Positions 38,442 through 50,736 of a stretch of 64,000 bases of DNA are shown piece after piece. Within the stretch, counting starts at the first letter, position 1; every line of letters starts with the position of its first letter. The translations under genes and the position numbers were made by a program. The DNA lies in contig CM120647.1 in the NCBI GenBank assembly GCA_051362555.1, positions 16,530,651 through 16,594,650 of the forward strand, given 5' to 3'. This DNA is from Lingula anatina (taxonomy: Eukaryota; Animalia; Brachiopoda). The notes beneath the pieces are model-generated. The model searched no databases, had not been told where the DNA came from, and saw only the letters and a list, made by a program, of their open reading frames with translations.

Positions 38442-39636
38442 GTTATTATAATTATTCTTGTTGCTGTTGTAATCATTCTTATTTTTAACAATACTACTAT
38501 TTTCATCATTACTATTATCATCATCATCATTTCTACCATTAACATGTTTACAATAATTATCATCTTCATCATTTCTATTATCACCATCATCATCATAATT
38601 ATTATCATAATGATTATGATTATGATTATGATTATTGATAATTATATTAACCTTGTGTCAAGGCTCCGCCCTCTGCCTCCTCTACCTCTCCCGTCATGGA
38701 GTACTGATGTCCTCGTTTTAAGGAACGCTTTTTGACATGCGTCCGTTTGGAGTGCCTTTGAGTGCCATCTTGATCAGAAGGTTGTTGACCCTTTGATGGA
38801 AATTTTCGTCACTATTAACTTTTTAAATCAAATTGAATATTCTAGCAGAGTTTAAAGAAAATAAAATTAAAATATTACATTACTACCAGATTGAATTGTG
38901 TTAAACTTGTTTACTAGTATCTCTAGTTTTGAAAGGGGGAACAAGAAAACAAGATATTACACAATCCAATCTTTGCAATATTTCCACTAAGGCCTTACAT
39001 CATTGATTATCTAAGGCGCTGTCATTTAAAACAAAAAAATATCAGCACCTTATTTAAACCACTAGCAACAACCACAGTACCTTTTCTACAAACAGTTCTC
39101 TCATGTCAGCATAATTGAATTGTCGTTTCTTCAGCGTTGCATTCAACGTGTCAACGCGTTTTTTGACGGCTGCTGCTTGCGACCGTGTCAGGGACTGGGT
39201 GGCCTGCAGTAACACGTGATCCTCGAGTTCGTTTCCTTCTTCGTACTTTGTGGCGAGACCCTTGAAACCTGCCTCCCGCAGCCAGGCCAGCTCCTGCTCC
39301 CCCTCTGAAACACAAGACAGAATTTTAAAGTATAATATGGTAAATCCCAACAAATTTCAATTTATCTAAAGAAAGTTCAATACAGTATGCATATTTTTCC
39401 CTTTTTTCCTTAATTTACTACTGAGTTTTATAAAAATTTTGATTTGGATGAAATAATTTATCAATTCAGGTACAGGAATTTTTATTCTTTTCTAAGACCA
39501 GACAACAAAAACTCTCACCATCTGGGGTTTTAGAAGCGTCTTCATCTGTCAACTCATCCTGTGCTTTACTCTGTTCTATATCACGAAACTCATTCCAGTA
39601 GTCATCGAACTCACGGGATGAGCGCACGGCTGTCAT
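31307..39636 (-). CDS. ARHGAP18: Rho GTPase-activating protein, ARHGAP18/28/40 (Conundrum) family, ~661 aa
   Basis: 16 phase-consistent exons: 39636-39519, 39304-39081, 38790-38652, 38296-38112, 37750-37706, 37336-37174, 36716-36631, 35947-35870, 35588-35429, 34680-34598, 34360-34256, 33764-33585, 32900-32838, 32590-32445, 31793-31687, 31410-31307. Motifs PDEGEQELAWLREAG, TQSLTRSQAAAVKKRVDTL, LFGVPL, EGILRVPGS (arginine finger), DAAALLKQFLRELPEPLLT, NKMSLANVAMIMAPNLF, LYECGGNIGERRLD, NPNAEWIIK. Exon 38790-38652 is the least certain. Confidence 0.93.
33043..33208. mobile_element. hAT-like MITE, 166 bp, 5-bp TSD
   Basis: ACTGT|CAGGGGCATAACCAG...CTGGTTACGCTCCTG|ACTGT. Confidence 0.8.
35244..35418. 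mobile_element. Tourist/PIF-Harbinger-like MITE in a RhoGAP intron
   Basis: Aligns end to end with 17743-17917; TAA/TCA flanks. Confidence 0.85.
36026..36226. mobile_element. Harbinger-like MITE (copy of 5266-5480)
   Basis: TAA flanks both sides; shares TTTAGATCGACCTAACTCCCTGGGGGTTCACGCTAAAT and GATAGATCGATCTAAAATCTATGGGAAT. Confidence 0.85.
37900..38005. repeat. Short minisatellite (GTGTGTTGGATGTGACA-type, ~17-bp unit)
   Basis: Several adjacent copies, intronic. Confidence 0.8.
38400..38648. repeat. Degenerate (ATT/ATC)n trinucleotide tract
   Basis: Low-complexity run filling most of a RhoGAP intron; source of poly-Ile/Met spurious ORFs. Confidence 0.9.
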
Positions 39637-41019
39637 GGTGACTGTTGGAAACAGATCTCCAGTAAAGAAGAGTGCATGCTGAGATGTACGCACTCCTAGT
39701 GCCTAGAGGGTTCAATACTATGGCAAGGAATTTCAGTTTCTGTATGAAGCTTTCAGTCATCCAAACACACCTGAAATGAGAAACATCGCTAAAATTATTG
39801 AAAATATATATCATTAAAACTGAAACATTTAACCAAATCATGACATTTTTTAAAAATTTAAATAGCATTTAGAACAGTGAGCAATCCCTGTGAGTTAGAA
39901 GCAAAATGGTTACTAGTACATTGATGCCAAGTCATTGCCAGGGTGAAAATACTTCTTGGCTATGGCTTCTGCTTTAGTGAATGGCTTCTGCACAGGTGAA
40001 GCCAATACGGTGCCACAGTAGTCTTCAGACAAAAGCCCTGTCAATACACCTACTAGTATGTCAATGCTGACACAGTATAATTCCTGATATCATTTTTAAG
40101 TAAATTTTCTAAGAATGCATTTAAAAGTAGCAATACAAGTACACTGTATATACACAAAACACACAAACAGAATCCTTACCTAACACTTTCTATCAAAAAT
40201 TCAAAAAACTACCAGCTGTTCTTTGGAAAAATTCTCCTGTTAGTAAATTTAATGGATCTCACATTATTAAATCAACCCCTTTTTTCCCTATTTCGGCTTA
40301 GAAGTTTGGCATATCAGGAGAACTGAATGTAAGTGGAAAATATTGATCTAAAAACAGTTTTTGATGCCTCGGAGAACACATTAAGTGCTCCAAATGCTCC
40401 GAATAAAAACAGGGGACAATGGTGAGTAATTTTTGGATGAACATACTTTAATCTGACAAAAAGTTAATTTTTTACCTGATTATATTTTTAATAATACATG
40501 CTATGTTTTTGCTTTTTTTACGTTTCAAGTCTTCAAAGAAAAAACTCACTTTTCTAAAGTGATTTCTGGCATGACATTTTCTTTGTAAATGAAATATAAT
40601 AATTGTGATGACTGCTGTATTATTATACATAAAACAGAAACGACCTGGCAGTACATTTTTTCATAGTTTATCGAAAATGTAATTTATGTAACTACCCAAG
40701 AATTGCCTAATAAGTATGGTATGGCTTGTCTTATAATGATACATACAATACTAAATCACAAATTAATAGCTGACAAAAAAGTTATATACTAGTAAACTAA
40801 TAGAATAGAGATGCCAAAAAGGTTGTTAGTACCAGAAAACCTCACACTACAATTCCTTGGCCTAATGAAATAACATTAGGCAGCACATCAATGTTCCAGC
40901 CCCATCACAACTTATTATATCCTCACATTAAGTAGATCCCTCACATTAACTGCACATCATCTTGTGATGGGGCACTCCATGCACGCCAACTTAATCACAC
41001 CCTGGGGACTGGGGGGGGG

Positions 41020-41050
<31 letters not shown>

Positions 41051-41492
41051 TAGGAAAAGTGGTAAGTGTTTGAATAATTCTCTTTCTATTGGTATTATTC
41101 ATAAATATATGATTGAGATTGCAACCAGAATCATCTTTTTTTTTTTTTTTTTTTTTTTTTTTTCTTTTTGTGATGATGAAGTTATGTTTAAATCTTGGAG
41201 CAACTAGCAAAAAAATTACATACATATATGAATATACAATTAAAAGTTGTGAGCTTGTAGGTACAGTTTTCATAAGTATTCAAGAAACATGGGTTGTGCC
41301 CTTGGCATTTAATTGCATCATCATTCTTTCTATGTCAGTGTTAAAGATGGGAGGGTCTCAAATAACTTCACATCCTTCACCTCAAGACATTTTGTTAAAA
41401 AATATGAACAGAAAATCTTTGAAGGCATGCCATTCCTGTTAAAATTTTATTATAATTATAAATAATTTTAACTAAGAAGAAGAAGAAGAAGA

Positions 41493-41527
<35 letters not shown>

Positions 41528-42449
41528 TCAGAGAGAGAGAGACAGTCAGAGAGAGAGAAAGAGAGAGAAACTGACTCAAAAATAAGCGAGAACACACCAC
41601 GGCAAGCAATCTAGAGCAAATACATTCCATATAAAATTCATCCACACAACATTACAGTCATATATCTCCACACTGGTGACCAAGCACTGAATATATGGTC
41701 AGTACAATTACCTATATATGTATATACACAAAGGGTGTGTTCATGTACTCGTCCCCTCTTTACAAATTACATCACCATCCATCTTCATGCTCTTATACAC
41801 ACCGAGTCAAGTGCATAGATGTCATATATTCCCCACCCTGAATTTCAGAGGTCACAGCAAATCCAACTGTATCATTAGCATGGCTCTGCGGCTCTCAGCT
41901 ATCTTTGAAACTCAGGGTAATTAATGACTGTATGGCCTATAACTTAATGTTCCCTGCCCTGATACCAAGGGTGTAAACATGAGGTCATGTAGCTTTGTGA
42001 TGCAAAATAAATAAATAAATAAATGAATAAATAAATAAATACTGCTAGTAAATGTGATAAAATGCATACTAAAAGTAGTAATGACCTTCTACACTATACA
42101 TTATTACTGTAACTCTAAAAATAGAGTAAAAATCCTGTTACTACATGTCGTGCACACCTCAATATTATTTCTCTGAGAACAAAGTTAGTAGACAGTTTGT
42201 TAATTAATAAATCAATGAAACTTGCCCATCAATCTTGGCTGATGAGTCATGGTAAAGAGAAACCAAGCTTTAGCAAACTAATGGTGACTGGCGTCTATAT
42301 CAAAAGATGAGGTCAATTGTGGAGGCTTGAGTGGGAGGGGGAGGGGCAAATAATGCTAGAAAGAAAAAAAATTTACTGATATAAACCACAAATTACATAT
42401 AAACATGAATATAGAAGCTGCAAACTGACAAAGATATGGTCATGTAGAG

Positions 42450-42477
42450 CAGGGAATTATATCGATATAATTCCCTC
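42450..42477. mobile_element. Second copy of the 28-29-bp palindromic micro-element
   Basis: TGTAGAG|CAGGGAATTATATCGATATAATTCCCTC|CCTAGAG. Confidence 0.6.
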
Positions 42478-43774
42478 CCTAGAGAGAGTAAAAAAAAATA
42501 ACAAAAAGTAAAATCCCTAGTACACATGGAAAGAGCTACGTACAAAGAAAACAATGTACCTCATGAAACTGTCCCATTTTTCCTGAAGGATAGATGTGAT
42601 AAATGTGATAAAACTGGTCATTTCTCTAGATCGCGTTAGTCACATTGAGGGTGGAAAATGTGATAAATCATTGCACAGACAAACAGTGAGACAGGACCGT
42701 ACTAGTACTCATATATTCATCATTCTATGAAAAAAAGCTGTCCAGTTTTAAAACCACATAGACTATACATATACATGTATAATCTTAAAAGAAACACTTA
42801 AGGTTTTTATGAGCATTGAATCTTCACATAGAAAATAATGTTTTTTTTTTGTGGAAATTTCAGCAATTTTCCTTTCATTCACGATTAAGGTCTTTAGGTA
42901 TGCATCTTTCTCAAAAACTGTTGAGAAAATTACAAGCTCTAATATACTAGTACATGAATTTCTCAAGTTCTTAACATTTCTTTTTTTAGGAGGTTATGTT
43001 TTAGTAAATATAATGATTGAAATTTACCAGCCTCCAATTTAATAATAACAGCAACAGGATAGTCATAGTGTACACAAGAAACAAATTGTTTAGCATTAAC
43101 CTCAGATAACCTACCGGTATCAGGAGTGAAACTGCTGCACATGTTTGCGAATTGAGTATATGACCTTAATTTTTGGCAGACAGATAATGAAATTATCCAT
43201 GTGTAAACATTGCAGAGACATCAAAACTGATACATTGCTTTTTCTTATACAGTACACTGTACAGGTACTCTCATGTACATATTGGCCCCTATCTTGTGTT
43301 CATTTATTTCCCAGGGCTGTAATTATACATATTACTTTCCACTTAACTTGAAAATCTTACTCTGTAATTCCAATACTAGTAATCATTTTCTGCAAAAATT
43401 GTAATAACTTTATTCTTGTTAAGAGGATAATATGTTACTTACTGTAGTGTACCTGTACATGTATATTCCTTACAAGTGCCAATACTCGAGTAATTCCTCT
43501 CTGCATTGCCATCGCAGTTTATACTGTATACTTGATGGGTACTTGCGATATTACAATAATATAAACGATCCCATTGTCAACCATACCTAAATTCTCTCAA
43601 GAATGCTGCCGTTTCAATGAAATGTCAAACTCATCTGAGAAATATCATCTTGAACAACAACAAACTCCCGTACTCACTCTCCCATAAGTAAAAATTAACT
43701 GGGCACAAAGTCACTTCTCACTTATACTGACACGAAACAATGATTTCTGAACACAAGAAATAAGCAAAAATTAC

Positions 43775-44170
43775 CTGGGAGCAAGAGTAGGGATCTTCTG
43801 AGACCCAAAGGAACCTCGGCGTGAACTGTCACTTGTGAAGTAACCCCGACCACAAATATTATTCAGCCTTCTTCAACAAAACCACTTGTACGTGTACGGT
43901 CACGTGACAAGAGTTTACATAGCCCGTCTCAAATTTACCGCTATTTGGTCATAAATTAAACAACAAAGGTTAATTGTGCAAGTTTTGGAAGGCTCATTAA
44001 TACTAGAGGTTAAAACTGTGCCGCGAAATGGCGCTGTTTAATCAGTTTCAGCAATGCTGCCTCGAGGAAAGACTTCCTGATACGCATGCGCACAAGAGAG
44101 TTTTAGCATGGTGAATGCTCGAAAGTGAATTTACTTCACAGTTTTGCTGCATTTACGCACAATCGGCAAG
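43775..44170. promoter_or_regulatory. Bidirectional promoter with probable non-coding first exons of the RhoGAP (-) and zinc-finger (+) genes
   Basis: Minus-strand donor CAG|GTAA at 43775/43774, plus-strand donor AAG|GTAA at 44170/44171; GTCACGTGAC 43899, AAATGGCG 44026, ACTTCCTG 44072, CGCATGCGCA 44083; local CpG enrichment. Confidence 0.7.
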
Positions 44171-44634
44171 GTAAATTTCAATCAATTTATTGCAACTACG
44201 AACATTTAGTATGCATTAAAAATTGGACATGCTAGATTGTCCAGTTATTACCGAGTAGTCGTGAAATTTTGCAGTTTTATTTCAATGTTTACAAAATTTG
44301 TCGGTCGGCCTATTTTATGTATTTACATGGCAAAAGCGTATTTACTGAGCTAATGAAGTTACCCGCACAATCAAGGCAACACGACTCAGTGAACAGTAAA
44401 GAGTGTCATATCAGGGTTTAATAGATTCGCACATTTTAATGGATAGGTCTTTGGACGTTTTAATATATATGCACATGCATTCTGCGTGAAATCGCACACA
44501 GATTTCGAATAATCAATATATAGACAAGTACCTAACTTCGTACAAATTAGCATGAAGTTACATGCCTTAGCATCCCACGGTCTCTGATATGAATGATCAT
44601 TTTGCGTTAAGACAGTGAAACTCCGTGCCATGTT

Positions 44635-44668
<34 letters not shown>

Positions 44669-44741
44669 GGAGAGATAGAAGGCCCAAATGACGATTTTAA
44701 AGAAGAAAAGATGTTACAAATTGTATTCATATATTTCAGTG

Positions 44742-44893
44742 ATGGGGAAGAAGAACAAGGGAGGTGTGGTGGAGGCCATTAAGTGTGATATCTGCTGCAT
44801 TGTGCTGAACTCCGACCAGCAAGCACAGCAGCACTTCAGTGGCAAGACACACATGAAAAAAGAGAAGGCCAGGAAGGAAGGTATAGACACACA

Positions 44894-44941
<48 letters not shown>

Positions 44942-44973
44942 CTCAGGCATGCATGCATGCATGCATGCATGCA

Positions 44974-45015
<42 letters not shown>

Positions 45016-48000
45016 GTTCTATGCAATATTTTCCCCACCATTAGTACGTCAGCTGGCAATTCACTAACAGTAAGCCCATTCCTACTACAATGTCATTCTC
45101 TTGAATGAAAGATAAAATTTAAATGTCAGTTCCTTAAAAAAACATAAGTAGATTTCACCTGATAGATACTGACATTTTGCTGCTTTAATGCAACTGCTTC
45201 TCTCAGTATTGTCATTAATATGTCTGTCCGTTTAACAGCTTTGCTGTCTTGTGTATATCTACGGTAGGTGGTGAAACCATGGCGTCTCCTCTGACCAATC
45301 CACTGGTTGCAGCCAAGGTCAGCACTCCCGATTTTGTTCCTGAAATCATCAAAGTCGACCAACCACCAAATCCTTTTGCCGTTTTGCCGAAAGACGCTCC
45401 AGAGGACCCGACAAAGAAACTAGACCCTGTGGCGCAGGCTGTCTTCGACAACATGCGAGGAAAGCTGCCAACCAAGAGAAAAGTGATCGAGATTCCGTGT
45501 GCTGTGTGTGCCATTGTGTTTAATTCGGAGGACCAGGCAGATGTTCATTTCAAGAGCCAAAAACATGCCAAAAAATTACAGACTATTGAACTTCTTAATA
45601 AGCAGAAGATGGTGTCAGGTTGGTGAAGGGGCTTGGAGCTCCTGTAGAGAAAAGTTTTAAAAGCTGACCAAAGTGTTTTAGCACATGGAAGAAATTGTCA
45701 TATAGGGGTGTTATATTTGCATATCAGATACATGTAAAGATGAAAGTTTTCTGGATTTGTCTTTAAAGCAAGATAAATGGATGTTGTTATTTATGATCTT
45801 TTGCCTCTCCCACCTCTCCCACCTTGATCTCCCATTTACAGCTGTGCCCATATGATGTTTTTTTTTTATAATTTAGTAAAAGGTTCACTTTCATCTTTTT
45901 ATGTAAGAGGAACAGTGTTTGAATGAGATGGAAAATTGGAAAAAAAACTTAAAAAATGTTTTAACACTTGAAAGCAATTGTTATATGAGGTATACTATTT
46001 TTAGTATTATTGTTATATTATTACAATCCTGCCATCAATCTTGTACTGGTACTGTTTTTACAACAAAAAAAAAACAAAAAAAAAACAAACTACCAAACCC
46101 ACCATTAGAGTAACTATATGGCAGAGCTAAATTGATGTCTCCTCAAATATTGAGTGGTTTATATCTGTTTCCATGCTTCTAGTTTGGATAAAGAGGGAGC
46201 AAACATTGGTAGTGCTTTATATTAATTTGTTTAATAGATAAACTGCATGCACTATAGGACACTCGTTTTGAATAATCTTCTGCTTTTCCCTTCCAGATAC
46301 CAGTAGTAATGGTGAGGCTACAACCAATGGTGGAAAGACAGAGGATGGGATGGTGAAGATGCCTGGTAATCAGTTCCGGTGCTCCTTCTGCAATGTCAGT
46401 CTCAATTCTGTGCATCAACTGGAGATGCATAGGGCAGGTAATAGAACTTGTAACTGTATAGTGTTATAATTAACTGGTTGTTACAGCAAACTACACTGCT
46501 TGTTACACCAACAACACACATACAATATTCTATTTCTGCATTGTCAGTCTCAACTCTGTGCATCAGCTGGAAAAGCATAGGCAGGTAAAATAGAGACAAG
46601 CTTTTTCTGCAAAAGGCGAAATTCCGCATTTTTTAATTCGCTTCTGATGGTTCCTGAGATTCGTCAAGGTTAGGTGTTGGGTCTCATGATAAATATTCAG
46701 AGATATTTTTTAAACCTAGGCTCATGTCTGAAAATAAGGATTGACAATCCAGGGTGAAAGGGAGGTTATTTCATCTGATAACTCTTTTCTTTTTTCAGGT
46801 CAGAAACACAAAAACAAACTGAAGCTTGCTCAACAGCAGCAAAACGGAGGTCCCCCTGCCAAAAGGAAACCCCCTTCAAAATTTGGCAGCAATAATTTTA
46901 ACAGGCCAATGAATTCAAATCCATCCTTTAACAGTGGTCCATACAATGGTAATGGAAATCAAGGAGAAAACCAAGGTGATTATCTCCAGTTTTGTTGTTG
47001 TGAAGTTTGAAGGTGATTTATGTGTCGTTATATATGGGTGCTACCAAGTTTTCAGTATCCTTTTCATGAGTGTACTTTACTCATTAATTTTAACTTGAGA
47101 GAGAGAGAGAGAAGAACTGGCTTAAAACTTTATGGAGAGAGATTTAATTAGAATTTGGAGATGGTCAGACAGACAGTGAGACAGTTTGGTTCTTTGTCAG
47201 TGAACAAAACCTTGTCCACTCACTTCAGCTATGTCTACTGACAGACATTTTTTCTCAGAGTAGAAATATATATAACAAAATGTATGTATATATTGCCCCA
47301 ACTTGATGTCTAATAATATCCACAGGTTATATATAAGCATATAAATATTGTAAGATCCCACGGATCTTAAGTGAGAACAATAAAGTCTTGGTTAAATATT
47401 CTGTATGTTTATTTCAGTAACCAGCATCAGATACGCATCAGTACTTGTAGTCCAATGGTTCTGACTAAAACGAAAACAAACCAAAAAAGAACATAAATAT
47501 GTCTTCTTAAATAAAACAGAGTGTTACAAACAATTTTAAACTGCATTAAGAATGTTAAACTAACTTATACAACAGAGCAATCATAAAACTCACATTGCTG
47601 GCTTTCGTGGATGTCAATTATTCCTTTTTATCCTGAAAAGCTGAATTTCCTCTAACAAAATCACTGAACATCTACATGTAACTTGACGATATTATACTAT
47701 GTGGTGTCTGAAGTGTCATAAAAGCACAAAGGAGTGTCGCAAAAATGTCTATTCCTACAGAATGAAAACTGCAAAACAGCCACGCTTCTGAAGTGTCAAT
47801 CAATTCCCCTCGCAATCCTATCTCCTCACATAAAAGATCACGCAAATGGGCTGCTTAAGTCTACATTAATCAAAATAAACAAGAAATCGGTTATCCGATT
47901 CTTACAAATATTATATAAATATATATCATATCAGTCATTCCAAATTTCAGATGAAGACCATCCAGAAGACCAGTACTAGTACTGCAAACAAGGTTGACCT

Positions 48001-48597
48001 TAATATAAGCAAATAAACATAATTCATATCAGTCATTTTATATTGTAGGTGAATACAGCCATCCACAAGATCAGTACTAGTAGTAGTACTGCAACCAAGG
48101 TTGACCTAGATATAAGCATATAAACATAAATTATATCAGTCATACTCCATTACAGGTGAATACAGCCATCCAGAAGACCAGTACTACAAGCAGGGTCCTC
48201 CCACCCACCCTGCCTGGCTACCCTCTGGGAACCAGTTTCAGTGCCGTGTCTGCAGCATATTCTTCCCTGGCCCAAACCAGCTGTACCAAGTGAGGGTCTT
48301 TTGTTGTTTTTTGGGTTGATTTTTATTTTCTTTGGCTATGAGTCAGTAATTATTCATTTCTTTATTGAAATTATTCGTTTTAATTATTTTTTATTTCATT
48401 TGTTCAGTGATTTAAATATGAATTTTGAACAGAGGGTGGAGTGGTTACGAAAAGTTGTGAATCAGGTATGGAAATACTTCACCAACTGTTCGTCTTTATA
48501 AAAAAAATCAATTAAACAATTTTTGTTTTTTCAGCACATCTCATCCCCTGAGCATGCAGAAAAGCAGGCCCTTTTAATGAATGCTCCCCAAAGTTGA
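44742..48597 (+). CDS. Matrin/U1-type C2H2 zinc-finger RNA-binding protein (ZNF385/ZNF346/ZMAT-like), four fingers, ~334 aa
   Basis: Exons 44742-44880, 45268-45618, 46297-46437, 46799-46975, 48156-48289, 48535-48597 join in frame (1005 nt). Fingers [92 protein letters not shown] (C-x2-C-x12-H-x5-H). Confidence 0.9.
44886..45013. repeat. (CA)n and (GCAT)n microsatellites
   Basis: Direct reading; intronic. Confidence 0.95.
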
Positions 48598-49977
48598 CCA
48601 TGCACAAGATAATGGAAGCTCCCCATGGTTAAAAAAACCTTCGTTGTGAATGATGTAGCTTTGAGAGATTTTTTAAAGAATAAAGTTGCCAAGTGAAATA
48701 AGGAGCAAAATGGACAGGAAATGACCCAAGCACAAGTTAAATGCATGCACAAAGAAAGGAAAATTTGGTATGAAGCATGGATTCAAGACTTGGTTTTTGA
48801 GAAGAAAAAGGGATTTGAAAAATGTTTTTGCAAGGAAGCACCACAAAAAGACAGGAGAAATAATTTTCATTGATCGCGTTTTTGACCTCTCCTGTGATGG
48901 GAATGTCTCCCAGTCTCACCCAACACATTCTGTTTGTCTCAACCAAGAGATTTTCCATGTCTCAATTACCACATTAGAAGTAAGGACGCAGGAGCATTTA
49001 CTCATCATAAGAAGTGCAAGATTTTGAATCAAACGTGTTTGATGAGACAATTTGCTACTTGCACAGTAACATGATATGTAGTCTTGTTCAGCAGTGGGCA
49101 ACTATTCCTGTTGAAGTTCAAAACAATCCACTGTAAATATATTTGCAGCTTCTTTTTTTCATTTCTGCTGTCATGTTTTATTTTGCACATGACTTAAATA
49201 TATGTACATAATTGTCAGATTCATTCATGGAAGCAGAATACCCTTTTAGCTGATTCAGAAGAAAACATTTGATGAGAGGGAGACAGAGATCCCAACACAA
49301 CTGTTTTCCTCTTGTGATGGACATCTCATTCAACAGCACTCCAGAAGCTAACAAAGAACACACAGAAGGAGTATAGAGTTTGAAAAAGGGATGAAAGCAA
49401 TATTTACAATTGTATGAAAAAGAAAATGAAAGAGAGGATGACAGATGTGATGTCATTGCAAACTTAAGATGTCAGCTTGATATCAGAATGTATATGTGAG
49501 TATTATGAAATATTAGCTTTTGACAAGAGAACATATGCTACCAATTAATTGCAGATGTTTAAACGCACAGTATGCCTTAACTGAAGCAATTTCTGTAAAG
49601 GAGGAAAATTCAGGTGATAATTGGTGGTCATAGTTTTTTTTTTTTAAGAAGACAGGAGGATGAAAAGAATCGCACAATATTTTATGGTTGCTCACATCTG
49701 GATGAATACAGGATTTAAAAAACATAGGATGATTTTTTTTCCAAAGATAAGAAACAGAAAGGTGATTTTTTTTTTTTTTTAGCTTTGCGTCTAGATGTGC
49801 ACTGGGATATTTAGTTAATCACTGACAAGTTGTATTATTTTTACTGAGTAAGATACGATGTATTGGCAAGCTGATCATCATATCAAACTAAATGGCACAC
49901 CTAACACACTGCCTTGTGCCCCTCATATTGCTGTGTTAAGTGATACGAGTGTGTGGATGGTGTGAAAGGCACTGAAC

Positions 49978-50190
49978 ACGCACACATACATTTACACCAC
50001 ATTGCCAACCTAAAAGTAATCACAAGTGCACAATATGGAAGACCCTTAAACACACACACACATACATTTACATTATGCAGCCAATCAAAAGAATAATCAC
50101 AAATGCACAATATGGAAGGCTCTGAAATACGCACACATGCATTTACAATATGTCACCAATAAAAAAATAAATAATAATCACAAATACATA
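49978..50190 (+). repeat. Degenerate ~75-bp tandem repeat x3 in the probable 3' UTR of the zinc-finger gene
   Basis: CACACAT.CATTTACA...CCAA..AAAA..TAATCACAA.TGCACAATATGGAAG recurs three times. Confidence 0.7.
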
Positions 50191-50705
50191 CATATGAGCA
50201 AATGACATCCATCAGTTTGAATTGTGATACGGTGATGAGAATCCTGAACGCATATTAGGGTAAATATTTTATTCTATTTGCCACGGCTATGCTGTAAGTA
50301 ATGTTATAATCAAAAGCATTCACGACTTAAAAAACAAAAGGAAAGTGCAGTCCTAATTCCAAAGAATATGCATAAACATTTAGGACTGAAAAACAATTAT
50401 ATAGATTCAGAGCTGTTCAGAAAATAAGTGTTGGAACTAGAGTCCAAATTTCAAAACTGGCACTGGTGCCCTAGACAGATAACTTTGTATGTATTAAGGC
50501 TATGAAAATGCTGTAATCAAAATGTATGTATCTCCAAGGACAGATACCGGTGAAATATATGATTACTTAGTAATAGCTAAGGGCATATGCTGCTACTAGA
50601 TAGCAGAATACATCTTAAGGGCATTCTGGGCTATTTTTTGAATGTTGTTTTGTTGCCTAATGAACTATGGCCAGTAGTTGTAGAAGTGTCAATAGGTGTG
50701 TGTGT

Positions 50706-50736
<31 letters not shown>

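Noticed and set aside
38348-38735. Hydrophobic Ile/Met-rich membrane peptides
   Set aside because: Translation of an intronic (ATT/ATC)n tract.
46487-46584. Functional extra zinc-finger exon
   Set aside because: Upstream intron would be 49 nt, first Cys is lost and exon phase (98 nt) breaks the frame.
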